Origin: Podarcis gaigeae
Taxonomy: Eukaryota
Length of the DNA stretch: 64,000 bases
Direction: 5' to 3' (one strand)
Assembly (NCBI GenBank): GCA_964106915.2
Contig: OZ066921.1
Shown: piece by piece, positions 37,700-50,480 of the stretch
How the letters are laid out: every line of letters starts with the position of its first letter
Numbering within the stretch: position 1 is the stretch's first letter
Translations under genes and position numbers: made by a program
The notes under the pieces: generated by a model
The model's database searches: none
What the model was told of the DNA's origin: nothing
The model's input: the letters and a program-made list of their open reading frames with translations, nothing else

Positions 37700-40600
37700 G
37701 CAGCTGCTGCCCCATCTCACCTACGTCCTGTCAGCCTATGGACAGGCATTTCCACACAGCCTCTCTTATTTACGCACACGTGCAACGCGTCTAGGAGGAG
37801 AGAGCGCCTATCTCTGTGGTTATGCCTGCTTGTCTCCAGGATGAAAAAAAATACACAGCACAGTTACTCAAACACATGTAAATATCGCTCTAATCCCATT
37901 TGTTTGGCAGACCATATAAAGGCTAAGAAATGAAAAATGCACTCACACGCCCTCTGACACCCTGGCCCAGCGCATGGAGGGGAGCGCTCTCCCAGTGGCT
38001 GGCTCCTGGCTCCCTCGCCTCCCTCGCGCTTTGCTGCTAAGAAGATACTTAGAGCGCAGGGATTGCTCACAATCTGGCTGTGTGATCCACATACATGAGT
38101 TGTAATATGCCTGCTCCTATTTCGCTGCCTCTCCCTCTGCCTCCCCCCCCCCGCCAGCCCATCTCTCTTGTTCTCATGTTCAGTGGTTATTTTAGCTTAA
38201 TGCAATGACATCACACGGCTCCCTTCATTAGGCAGAGCCCTCGCCGTGCTGCGCGGCTCCCCTGATCACTTCCAAATGATGGGATTTAGGGAGGTCGGAT
38301 ATTTATTGCCGATCAGTCTTAACGTGGGACGCTCAACTCCAGGGTGGCGGGGTGTGTGTGTTGGTGTGTCAATTTCTCTGCCCAAGGTGTACACAAGGGG
38401 GGGGGGGTTGCACAGCGCGGGTGACAGCTGTGTTGTGGCTGTTTGTGTAAGCTGGCGGGGGGTGGGGAGAGAGAAGGCGAGAAAGTGAAAGGGGGGCTTT
38501 ATTACACATTTTCATTTTTATACAGCAGGCTCGAATAGCTATAGGTATCTGCCCATAGCTCCAGCCTTTAATCGGTGGAGTTTTTATATCAAGTCTGAAT
38601 GAGGAAACTCCAGTAGGCCCTGGGAGGAGATGGCGGGTGCAGGGGGGAGAAACCTCACTTTTCAGCATCGCATAACAGCATCACAAAGCATCGGTATTAA
38701 AATATGCACAATATATTATTTGCTTTGATAATGGCAATAATAATATTTTTTAAAGTAGTTGTTGTGGTGGTGGTTGTTATTAATTGTTAAGCTGCTGCTG
38801 CTACTACTACTAATACTAGTAGCAACAACAACACCCATTTTTCTTTTTATTTCCTGCACACACCCTTTTATGTTTTATCTTCTACCTTCTGGGCTTTTGG
38901 ATATCTCCATCATTTTATCAAAAGCGGCAAATGCTAAAGGACCAGCAAAGGCCAAGCAGTGGTTCAGCAGGAATGCTGAGGAGGAGGGAGAGAGATGTCA
39001 TCAAATGAGCTTCCCATTATTATGGGCTGTGGTGGACTGGCTGGGTTCCTGGGATGCCAGAGAGCCCTGAAACCCTAAATAATCAGGTTGCCAAGAAGGC
39101 TAGCCTGGGGAGGGCGAGGTTCAAAGTCTGCTCCTGGAAAGACAGACACACGCCGGCGTTTCTCCTGCAAAAGGCTATGGCTTCATTCAAGTATTTTCCT
39201 TCAAAATCAGGCCAGCACAAATCCCCGCCTGCAGAATATATACTCTGTGCCCTCCCTCGATGGGCTAGGTAATCCCTTGAATTAAGATTTCTTCTTTTTC
39301 CTGAGGGTTTTTATTTAACTGTTCTTAATAAATGAGAGCATTTAGGCACGTTTTGTTCTGCAGCCCTTGCTGGGACCAAAATTGCTACATTTGCTGAAAC
39401 GCCGTTCCAGATGGCGTATCCCCCACCCAGCTCCCTCCCCAAAAGGGCTTTTCTGCTTCTGCTTCTGGCTGCCTCTCTTTCGCTGCTGCTTGGCTGGGAC
39501 GGAGGGGCAGCCGCTGCGGGACCTGGACAGCTCCCTTGCAGAGCCACAAAGCCAGGCAGGAGGAGGCCTGGCTGGCTGGCTGGCTGGCTGTCGCAATGGA
39601 GCCCCTCCATACATTTGTAGCAGCAGCAGCGGCAGTCTCTGGACTTGAACCCCCTGCCCTCTCACCTCAGGGTCTGATATGACTCCTCTCTCTCTCTCTT
39701 CCCCCACAACTCCCTGCCCCCACTCTCTTTTCTTCCGGCTCCTCTATCAAGCAGTGATGTACTCAGGCTGGCTGTGAATAAATGTAAGTGACCCCCACCC
39801 AGCCACCCCCACTTCCCTGAGCCTTCTGCAACTGCTGGAGAGGGAGAGAGAGAGAATGAGAAAAAGAGAGAGGAGGAATGAGAGAGAAGAAAGTGAGGGA
39901 GAGAGAGAGCAAGCAAATGGCCCCGACTTCCTCCCAGGTAATTAAAGGGTCTGTTTTCAAGGTTGCGTGGGTAAAAGACAATTTGGCCTAATGAAGCATT
40001 GATCGGCCAGCACTAAAGGTAGAAAAAGAGATGCTGACTCTCATCCATTCAAAGGTACCTTTCACTGCTGTAAAGCAGAGAACCGGGGATTGTTCTGGCT
40101 CAGCTGTCATTGCCTATGACCTGCTTTAGGGGGGGAAAGATGAGAATTTGCTTTAAATTTATTTCGATTCTGTAATGGCGCCGAGGTATATTATATGTCA
40201 GGCTGGGTACGATTATTAATCAGTGGGAAATTATATTTGCACGTGTGCGTGTGTGTGCTCTTCTCTCCACCCCCTTCCCCTTTTCTTCCCCCTTTTCTGC
40301 TTCTACCGAATATTGCGTCCTTCATTATTCACATTAAGACCCCCACCAATCAGCTCTTCGGATGCTGAATGCGTGAGGTCAGTTATGGAGATGCAGGAAA
40401 TTACTGCGGATTGGTGGGGACATTTTTGTCAATTTGTAAGCAAAAGCCGGCGTTATTGCAAGGTTTTCATCACTGTCGATTTGTGCCGGTACAAGATATC
40501 TCAAAACAAAACCCTCCAAGGCACTGATGGCGGACGAGGCAAAATATCTGAGCAGAAATCTTTAGGCGCCGATATTAATGTTCCGGCAATCAGAGAGAGG

Positions 40601-41250
40601 AAGTGTGTAATTTTTCCACTTGAGACCAATCCAGTTCTAAGCCAAAAGCCCTAAAACCTGCCTCCGGTGGCATTTAAGCCTCATCCCAGCCAGGTTCTGG
40701 AGCTGGCAGGCAGGCGGACAGCGGCCTCCGTACATTCCCCTCAGCTGCTGGCCACCCTGACCCCTCTGACCCCTGAATTATTTCATTCACCAAAGGACCA
40801 AGTGATCATAAATGGAGGAACGGGAGGAAAATGGGGTATAGCAAATTTGGGTGAGGGAGGCAGGAGGGGGACCTGTACCGATTGCGGGACAAGCTGAGTC
40901 TTCTCCAGCAAGCCTTTGCTCCAAACCGGGCACTGCTGCTGGGTCTTGCGAGAGGCCCTGGGCTCAACAATGGAGCGTCCCTTCAGAGCACCAAACACAA
41001 AGGGGATTTGCTCTCACGCTGTCCGCATTGTGCAGCTCCTCTCGGTCTAAACGGGGCCGCTTTTTGCCCTGATTAAGACGAGGAGGGGAAAGAGAAACCG
41101 AGCCCCGCATCTTTTCTTCTGCAATACAGATGCCGCGTTTCTCCCTCTCCCTCATGCACGGTGCAGTTCCCTGCTCTTTCTAAGGTGCCTTCTGCAGCCC
41201 ATCCTCATACCGACTGTTGCATTTCGTAGTCTCTTTAGGTGAGCATCACC
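37700..41250. promoter_or_regulatory. Extended transposon-free, CpG-enriched promoter-like domain
   Basis: Raised CpG at 37.7-38.5, 39.4-39.6 and 40.1-41.2 kb; GA/CT-rich tracts; CRE-like TGACATCA near 38206; CCAAT boxes; splice-site-like signals at 39.75-39.94 kb; no recognisable TE. Host gene not identified. Confidence 0.5.
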
Positions 41251-41663
41251 CCTCTGCCACCCTAACACTAAAAAATAAATAAAATGGAAGGGGGTTCAGA
41301 GGAGAGGGCAGGAAGGTGGACAAAGGACAGAGAAGCCAGTTAGGAAAGAGGCCATGGGAGGCAGCTCACATACAACAGATTTTGTCATGTGTGGGTCCTT
41401 TTCTTTTGGGAACAGTGCTGCTCTAACATGTAGGATTTCACAGATGTGCAAAGTGCTGATCTCTCTTCCTCCATTGTCCCCCTCCCCATTCTAAGCATCC
41501 TTCAAAATGGCAAAACGGTGGCTCCCCCGATTGTGTCTGCACAAGGAGGAGATGTTGCCGGGAGGCCGGTGGAAGGCAAGCGGCTCCGAGCTCCCGGAAC
41601 TGATGGAGACAAAGGCCACTTCCCTGTCACCTTCGCCCAGCTTTTCAAAAGAGCATCCCCCGA

Positions 41664-41835
41664 NNNNNNNNNNNNNNNNNNNNNNNNNNNNNNNNNNNNN
41701 NNNNNNNNNNNNNNNNNNNNNNNNNNNNNNNNNNNNNNNNNNNNNNNNNNNNNNNNNNNNNNNNNNNNNNNNNNNNNNNNNNNNNNNNNNNNNNNNNNNN
41801 NNNNNNNNNNNNNNNNNNNNNNNNNNNNNNNNNNN
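41664..41835. other. Assembly gap (N run)
   Basis: 172 Ns. Confidence 1.
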
Positions 41836-42456
41836 TCTCTGGCAATATTAAATCCCCCCTCCCTCCCTGCCTTGCAACGGGCCCACCTTCCTCTTATTCC
41901 AAAGAACAAGACGGCAGAGCAAAACCTCATTTTTCTTTTCTATTCTTTTCTCTCCCCCCTTCCTCCCAAGGCTTATTAAAATGTATTCTTTTCTATTGCA
42001 CACCAGGCAGTTTGCAGGGAAGCTGGGGGTGGGGAGCAGGGGGGGGGCATTCAGGAAACCCCATTACAGCTGCACAGTGAGCGGCAAGAGGCCGAGGAGG
42101 CTCTGCTGCTTTATTAAGGGAGGCAAGTTAGAGTTACGGGGCTGGTGGGGTGGGTGGGGGTGATGCAATCAAATGTGAAGCATTTTCTGCTAATGAAAGA
42201 GGCATGCATGTCTGTGCAAGGGGGTGTGATTGGCAGGGCTGCAGATTGGGAGCCACAGGAAGGGCCTTACCTCAAAGCCACGGTGTGAGAAAAGGCAAGG
42301 GGTGCTATTTTCATCAGGCAGACATTTGGGAAATGACCACAGCAAATTTAATCACAGTTGGAACAGGGTGGGGGGTGGGGAGAGAGAGCGAGCACCAGAG
42401 TCGCATGTTTTATTTATTTGTTCAAAGTCACGGTCATCCTATTGTGTCATTCTGTC

Positions 42457-42459
<3 letters not shown>

Positions 42460-42501
<42 letters not shown>
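42460..42501. repeat. (AC)n microsatellite
   Basis: Direct reading. Confidence 0.95.
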
Positions 42502-42503
<2 letters not shown>

Positions 42504-44829
42504 CTCCTCCCTGTTTCCATTGTTCACGCAAGGCACAGGAAAAAATATATATAACCCCCCTCCTTTTTGGGGGAAGACAATCCAGGAGAGGCCAAAGGTT
42601 TGGCCAGAGAGAGAGCAAAATGGGGGCTTTTCATATTCAAATCATAAAAGCAAAATGCATTCTACATTGTGATGCTAAAACCTGCATCTTTCATGCATCT
42701 GCTTGACAGGCTGCTTGCCTTGTTCCCTTGTCTTCATCCCCTCTCTGTTTTGTGCAATATAGCCTTTTTAAATGGAGGGGGGAACTGCCATCTAAGCCCC
42801 TTGCAAGGGTCTGATTTGCAGCGGGTGAGGAGGCATTCTTAGTGCTAATCAAAACAAATAGGAGAAAAGAAAACCCAGGGAGCTCACGGGAGGCAGTCTC
42901 CCCTCCCTCCTCGCTTCCTTCTGTACATAGTTCCTGCTTCTGCGCTCCAGGTCTCCTCCTCCGATTTATTCCTAAAGCTGCCCCATGCCCTGAAATCTGT
43001 TGTCAATGTACTGCTCTCTGCTGAAGCCCGGTGGAGGCACACAGTCGCCAGGAAGGCAAGAGGATGTGGGCCTGGGGAGGGTGAACTGGCCCTGTATGTG
43101 GCTTTTTCCCCATCCCACCCCACGCCTAGAAAATATGTCATAACACATTTTAATATTTTCCTAATTGTTTGAGAATTGCTTCCAATCCTCACCCTGTAAA
43201 AAACAACAACCTGGTTTAGGACCAAATTTGAGACTATCACTACTTTGAGCTATTTTCTTGCCTGTGTACTGCAATCCACCTGAAATGTGTCCCTTGTCCA
43301 GGATAGGTCATGCTGTCTGCTGAAGGCAGGCAAAGCACCTGCACCCATTGGGGTCCCTCTGTAGGGTCACAAGCACCTGTTTCACATAAGCAGCAAAGAT
43401 GTAGGAATTGTGGCGGCAGTGGGAGGGAGAGGCTTTTATATTGCAAAGCCAGCACGATTGCATACTTTAGTTCCTGGTCTTTAAATGACAGGCAGACCCA
43501 TATTCAAGTGGACCCTTGTATGCTTCATTCATAAGAGGAGGAATTTCATATTCATAAGAGAAAAATGCAGGTTGCTAACAATTGATCAGATTCCCCCCCC
43601 CCCCCGCTTCAAGATACATGGCATCTACTTTACAAACCCCCCACTCCAATGCACCCCATTCTGTAAAAACCTTAATTGCACCAATTCCTTTGAAGAAGGA
43701 AATGCAGGACACCTAATCTAGAAAGCAACCTAGAAAGAAGTAAAAGCTCCTTGCAACCATATTTCAGGAGGGAAAATCCTTTCGTGTCTAAACTTGGTTT
43801 TTCTTTGCTTTCCAATACTTTAGAACTAGCTGGTTAGATGGCAGATAGATAATAGACAGACATATGCCACTGTATTTCTATATTTAAAAATCCATTTAAT
43901 TGAGGTCTAAATAATTATCCTATTTAAGCATTTTCTAAACATCTTTAGGAAAATTTGTAACAAATTTGTGTACAGCTAAATTAATATATTGGAACCTTAA
44001 GAAAGGAATCAAATATTTAAACCATGCATATATCTCTGGGAGATCCCACACATATTCAAACCAATTCATATATGGCACATTTGCTAAAATACTAGATTAA
44101 ATATCAAAATTATTTGGCTCTTTTTCTCTGCAATTTATTTCCATGTTTTTTCCTCATAGGATGTTGGGTTTAGAAACATGTTTGATGCCTGTCAGCATAT
44201 TTAAAACAAGGCTTCCATGCAGTTATTTTTCTTAATTCTGTACTGTCTTAAACTTTATTTCAGAATATATACATTTTTAAAGAAAACTGTTTCAATTATC
44301 TCTTGAAATCCCTTGCCAAGAAGGGATTACATTTTTGTATGAATTTTACCCAAAATATTAAATGTGCAGGATCAGCAGAGAGAAGAGATCAGAGGAGGGA
44401 AATATTCTATTTTCAAATTTAGGTGCAAAAAACAAAATAGAAAATAAATACTGTGCAACAAAAATATTCAAGAGAGAATTGATACAGCTATCTGACAATT
44501 AATAATGTTTGTATGAAAATGAAATTATTATTACAGTGTGGAATAGCAAGGAACAAACTTACAGGTATAGGCTTTGAACAGTTCTCCATAAGGAAACAGC
44601 TGCTCCTATCCTGGTGGGGGAAAGGAAAATACTTCAAATGTAATTTCTTAAAGAAGGAGGGAAAGGGGGGGAACAAAAAATAACTATTTTTTATGGGGGG
44701 GAATTAATGCACCGTTAAAAGGTAATAATAAAATGTGATGATGATGATGATGATGATTAGTGTGTACTGTTTCAATACCTCCTGCTACACCTTTTCTGCT
44801 TTACACACACACCACACACATATTCAGAT

Positions 44830-45760
44830 GAGCAGCCGAAGGAACACACACACCCCAGCCGTTCCAGGGGACAAAAGGGGGAACAGCCGAGTGAGTGCCG
44901 CCAAACAGTTTAATCTGGATTAATCTTGCACTACATTGACTCCCTAAACCTCACATTTTCGTTATGCAAAAGCCAATTGGATTTGCCTGCCCTCGGGCTT
45001 CTTCGGTCTGGAGTCTCCAGGTTCAGACCCAACCATTTATCTTGATCGTTTCCAAGCTACTTGGACAGAAGGAGCGGGAGGGGGGGCGGAGGGGGGAGGC
45101 GATTGTTTCGTTTGTTGTCAGAGGGCATTGATCCGCCCTTCTGTCTGCTGGTCACCGAGGGGAGGGCAGCCCCCGGAGGAGCCCTTCCAGGCTCGGCCAG
45201 GTCAGCAGAGAGACACAGAGAGAGAGAGAGTCCTATTGAGCCATGACCCAAATGAGCGCTCATTGAAGGAAACGGGGATTGGCGTCGGGATCGTTCGGAG
45301 ACACCCTCCGTAACACTTAAACAAGTCCACTCTGTTAATGCCGGGTCACCAGGGACCCATCAAGACCTCTCTCCTGACCATTAGACCCTTTGATGGAGTG
45401 GACGATAAACTTCCCAGGACAGCTCGGACACTGGACTTGAACGTGGCTGCAGGACGAGGCCTGCCTGGGATGGCACAGATGGCTGCTGACTGCCCCCCTG
45501 CCCCGGTGGGGGGGGGGAGACTATATGTATCGGGACTGGAGATTAGGCAGAGCCAAAGCAAAGCCACGTGGCTGGCACAGGCCCCCTGGAAATCACGGCT
45601 GCAAACGCAGCCAAATTCCAGAGGCTGCCGGCTCCCCCCCCCCCCACAACTGCCTTTGCCGTAGCAATCTCCGTTCCCCCCAGCCAGATCCAAGGCCGGG
45701 CATTTGGGTATCTTTTGGCTGCTGTTGCTTCTGTTCTGCGTGAAGGGAGGGAGGAGGAAG
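44830..45760. promoter_or_regulatory. CpG-island-like segment with upstream homeodomain and CCAAT motifs
   Basis: Sharp switch from AT-rich sequence (43.8-44.7 kb) to GC/CpG-rich; TTAATCTGGATTAATCT at 44910-26; GCCAATTGG near 44972; GC box GGGGCGGAG near 45083. Confidence 0.5.
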
Positions 45761-47804
45761 GCAAAGTCTTTCTCTTTCAGAGGAAAAAATAATAACAAAT
45801 CTGAGACCCATCAACTGGTTTGGGGGACACGATAATGTCAAGGCAGTGCCTAAGAGAGAATTAGTTAAAATGTTAAAATCCTAATTGTTTCAATTACAAA
45901 AGGTGACGTTTATAGCAGTCGGCACAGCAGAACAAATACAATACTCGAATTAGTCCAAAATAATAATAAAAATGCAGCAGGGACTATCTGACCGTTTTGG
46001 TGTTTTAATCCATGTACTGATATATTAGTATTTGCACAGATTCTTCCCAGGTGCTCACTAAGATTTGCTGTTTCAATTTTTCCACAAGCCAAAAGGATGC
46101 TACTTTTTTTTTTTTTTTTTGCAGAGTACTTGCTTGAATTATCAAGCTTTTATCCTAGTTTTACCACCTTGCCTCCTCCTCTCTGGAGAATTGACTGATT
46201 CTGTGTTAATACAGGAAATGACACCAAATTTTGCAGAGACCACACTAGGAGAAATTGTCATTTCTTGCAAAGCTCTTCTGAAACATTTTCCCTCAAAGTA
46301 ATGAATATTACATTGATTTGCAACGAATATTTAAGTAATTAGCAGAAACAGTCACTAATAAATGGCTAAGGAATTTGGCAAAATTCACTGGAAAATGAAG
46401 CTGGCCTTTATTTAAAATATTTCATGAATAAATAGCTGCAGGATATTATTTTTTACCTAGCATGTAACTAATGGTGGCACGGCAAAAGAAAATGTCAGAA
46501 TAATTCTGATTATTTAAACATCCCTCTCCCAGTCAAACCTGAAGAGCTTTTGACTGAAGAAACAGCCGTGTCCTCACTGAGGCAGCTTGTAACCTTTCCA
46601 ACTTGTTCAAATTTAGGCTGTTTTAAATGAGCCACTTTCAGCGTGACACAATGGTGCCGCCTCCCCCCCCCCCCTTTTGTGTGCAGAATGCACCGTGGTT
46701 ACTCAGCGATGACAAGGAAATGGCATTTCCCCAGAATTCAAAACATGCAATATTTTGTTACTGGGGAAATGTTAACACCTCTTCCTCCCCCATCCCAAAC
46801 CCAGCACACCCTATTGCAACGCTCTGGTCAGCTAGTTGACAGTCACATTTGTGACAAGCCCCCCACCCCACAAAAAAACCCATTTCTGTCTCATTTAGTG
46901 ATTCTCCCCCTCCCAATTTACATTGGGTTAGTTGCGCTTCGTAGCCCTTGGAATCAACGGTGCTGTAAATTGTGGTCAACTTATCCCCCACTTTTCAATG
47001 AGACCAAAGTTCATCTAACTCAGCCTCGATCCAAATCATTATTTTCCGCATTTTCGCCAGAGCTCCCTCCTCCTAAGCCACGGGTCAAGTTGCAGTGACG
47101 AAAACAAGCAGAAAACCGCTGGACACCAGCAAGTCGCCCCCCTCCCCCAGTGACAGCAGCCGGGTTTTTCCACGAATCTTTTGCATTTCCTTGTTTTAAA
47201 TGCAATTTTTCAGAGCCTGAGAGCTGCCTCTCCTCAGCATGGGAACTCTGCCTCGCTGAATGAAAGGAAGAAAGACTCAAACAGTCCCCCCCCCCAGTCC
47301 AGTGAACACTCAGAAACAAACGCACAGGCTGCCGTAACCATGTGCTTGGCAGACGTGTGGGGGTATCACACCGCAAGAGTGTGTGGCTATTAAAGTGCTC
47401 GGAAGGGAAGGTGTTGCCTTTCCCTGCCCTGTGGAGAGGGCTGTGGCTTTCCAAGGAATGCACCCCCAGCGGAAAGAAACCTTTCATGCCTGCCATTCAA
47501 GTTCCAGCACTTTGCAAAGTGATCTCTCTCACTTTCGCAAATGTCTCGAACCAAGAATCTGGTAATGCCTCTTCGATGGCATCATCACTTCCGACGCTTT
47601 TATCCTGCAATGCGAATGATAATCAGGCTGATAGGCAAAGCAAAGCACCCTCTAATCCCGCCCTCTCCCCAGCGAATTGTTCCTCTGGGCTAATGCATTC
47701 CCATTCACATGGCTGATGTCTGTCTGTCTCTCTGTGTACCCATGCAGCCTTTTGCAGAGAGAACAGGTGATTAAGAACTTTATCATACGAAAAGGAAAAG
47801 CCAG

Positions 47805-47885
47805 AGGCAGGCGGAGCGCGCACGGGGCGGGGGCGATCAGGAACAGAAAGAACAAACGCAGCCCCACTAGATCGGAAGTCCCTTT
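47805..47885. promoter_or_regulatory. Small GC-box/ETS motif cluster
   Basis: GGCGGAGCGCGCACGGGGCGGGGGCG followed by CGGAAGT near 47873. Confidence 0.35.
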
Positions 47886-48828
47886 TGTAAAGTCATCTCT
47901 TTGTAGGGTAAAATCCGGCAACCTCAGAGATCCAACAAGCTGTGACTCTGCAGCAGGACCCCCACCCTCCCGAGAGAAAAAACCAACCTCTCCCGCTTTT
48001 GTACATTGCAGTTCCCTATGATGTCCAAGGAACTGCACAGCAGGAGATAATACAGATAAATCTTTACGTCGAGCAGTCATTAACAGAGTACAAAGTTGCT
48101 ACCACTGTACTTGTCACTGTTTAGAGATATTTTTTTTGCCTAAAAGCACATTTTACACCCTGAAATATACGTTGGCATAACAAACCTGAAGGATTCATTC
48201 ACAGCAAATAATGGAATTTCTCTCTTCTTAGAGTAAAAATATAAAATATATGTTGCCAGGTTTTCTTAAGTGCATTACTATTTAAAATGTTCATAAGTTG
48301 CCTCCTCTCCAAAATGAAAGTGACATATACCCCCATACAGATATATAAAATCTGGGCACTGTGTCCCCCTGCAGATGTGCCAGGCAGATAGACAGAATTT
48401 GTGCAAGTGGCACAGGTGGCACTTACAAATGGCCTCATCCTGCAGCCCCGTTTCAGGCCCATGGAACAAGCTTCAAGCCAAGGCACCTTCTTGAACTCTG
48501 GGAACTTTGTGGCAGGGATCAGGTACAGAGGGTAAATAGTACAATGGGATTGTGTACATTCGAGTTCATTTCTGGAAGTGGCTTTTTCCTGAGATTTATT
48601 AGCACTCGTGGAAACTGGGGATTTTCTGTTTTGTTTCATTGCTTGTCACATCTCTTTCACTCCCAACATAATGCACTTTGAGTGCTCTGATAGCACATAG
48701 AACACTGCCAAACCAATGCAAGAAAAACTCTCTTTGCAATCTGAGTGAATTTCGGAAAGGCTTTTAGTCACGCTTACACATACAACTGCACCAGGTTCTG
48801 CAAGGTGACACTAGACAGTCATTTAAGA

Positions 48829-48925
48829 TAGCCTTTCCCAACCTGGTTCCTTCCAGAGATTTTGGACTACAAACTCCAGCACCCCAAAACAGAATAACCA
48901 TATGATGCTGGGTTGGAGAAAGTTG
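48829..48925. mobile_element. Degenerate hAT-type MITE related to 9508-9631
   Basis: Termini TAGCCTTTCCCAACC / GGTTGGAGAAAGTTG; internal TTTTGGACTACAA. Confidence 0.6.
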
Positions 48926-50348
48926 CTTTCAGGCACCCTGGAGTTGGTAATGTGCGACTGCTTAAATGTCAGGCATGGAAAAAGCTACGTCTGAGTTTAG
49001 AAATAACACAGAGAAAAGTAATATTATTTCTGTAATGAAGAAAAGTGGAAAGCCTAAATGTTGCATAAATGCATTTTTAAGAACCTTATTTGGGAAAGTG
49101 ACAAAGGGCTGCCCTCCTAGCAAAGATTATTATTATTAAATAAACCTGCTCAAAGAGGCATTTCTCCAGCCTGCATCCAGCAGCAGCCCTGAGCCCCCAA
49201 TGGTCTTTCTTGCCACACCCAGGACTGCTCTAAATATCCTTCTCCGCAAAGCTTTCAAGGATTTTCAAAACCACTGCAAAGCACATCCCAGGTTTCTTGG
49301 TCCTCTGCCATCATCCTGAGGCAGATTAAGGCACTCTGTAGCTTCTAAGTGCTAGTGAAACACTCATTTGCTAATTGAGATGGGATTCCTTGAAGATCAA
49401 CCATTGTTTCACATGGTTAGAAAAGAAAAAGATGAGTACTTTTAATTATAGGCCTAGTCAAGGTTTTCCTATATGTTGTCGATAAATATAGCTTGGAAAA
49501 TACTCGGCCCTTTACAGAATTCTCCTACAAATGCACGAGTGAGCCTCAATTTGCTTCCTAAATATCCAGCTCATACAAATACGTATGATTCAAACGGCTG
49601 TGACATGGCTGTAAACAGAAATGAATTCCACTTTTCAAAGCCCTTGCAAGTGTGAGGCACAAGCAGATCCGAGTGACCTTGCACCACCCCCGCCTTAGCG
49701 CACGCGCTCCATTAACCCCCTGTCTGCTGAGAGCTGGAAGCAGAAATTAAGGACCCCACTGGGTGATTGATGCACTTCAGAGTAAAGCGCCATCACAGGC
49801 AGCCTCAAGGCAGACTCTCCTGACGAACAACATCACAAGACCAGAGGACATGGTCTTGGGCTACTATGGTAAAATAGGAGCTCTTCCTTAGAATGTTTGG
49901 ACTCTGAGAAATCTGTAACTGACTGATTCAGGAGGTCTAGTTTTTACATCTGGGAAATGGACAGCAAACCAAGCATCTCAGAGTTTCTCAGAGTACCTCA
50001 TGTATTCCAGAGGTTAGGGATGGAGAAGGATTCTGGGGGGAAAGACTCATTACTGGGAAGGGTGGCAACAAAGAGGTGCTGTAGGGCCGGATTGTGCTCA
50101 AGTGCCTCCTGGGTATTCTGGGACAGAGCAAGCTCTCCTCAGTCGAGCTGATATGCTGCCTTGTGGCAAGTGTTTGGGATTAAAACTAACAAAGATGGCT
50201 GCAAAGCAAAGCTGTAGCTGGGCCTGTATCTTTACCCGGCTGACTGGGAGCAGAAGCAGCTGAAGGGAAGGAAATGCAGGCAGGCAAGAGGGAGTTAAGT
50301 AAATAATTTTTTTTTCCTTTTCTTTGTCGATATGTTTAGTTCTCTTCC

Positions 50349-50480
50349 NNNNNNNNNNNNNNNNNNNNNNNNNNNNNNNNNNNNNNNNNNNNNNNNNNNN
50401 NNNNNNNNNNNNNNNNNNNNNNNNNNNNNNNNNNNNNNNNNNNNNNNNNNNNNNNNNNNNNNNNNNNNNNNNNNNNNNNN
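50349..50480. other. Assembly gap (N run)
   Basis: 132 Ns. Confidence 1.

Noticed and set aside
39917-39937. Assigning a gene symbol from MAPTSSQ
   Set aside because: I do not recognise the peptide, and seven residues cannot support a name.
41446-41979. ORFs spanning N gaps (also at 17954 and 50295)
   Set aside because: Open only because Ns contain no stop codons.
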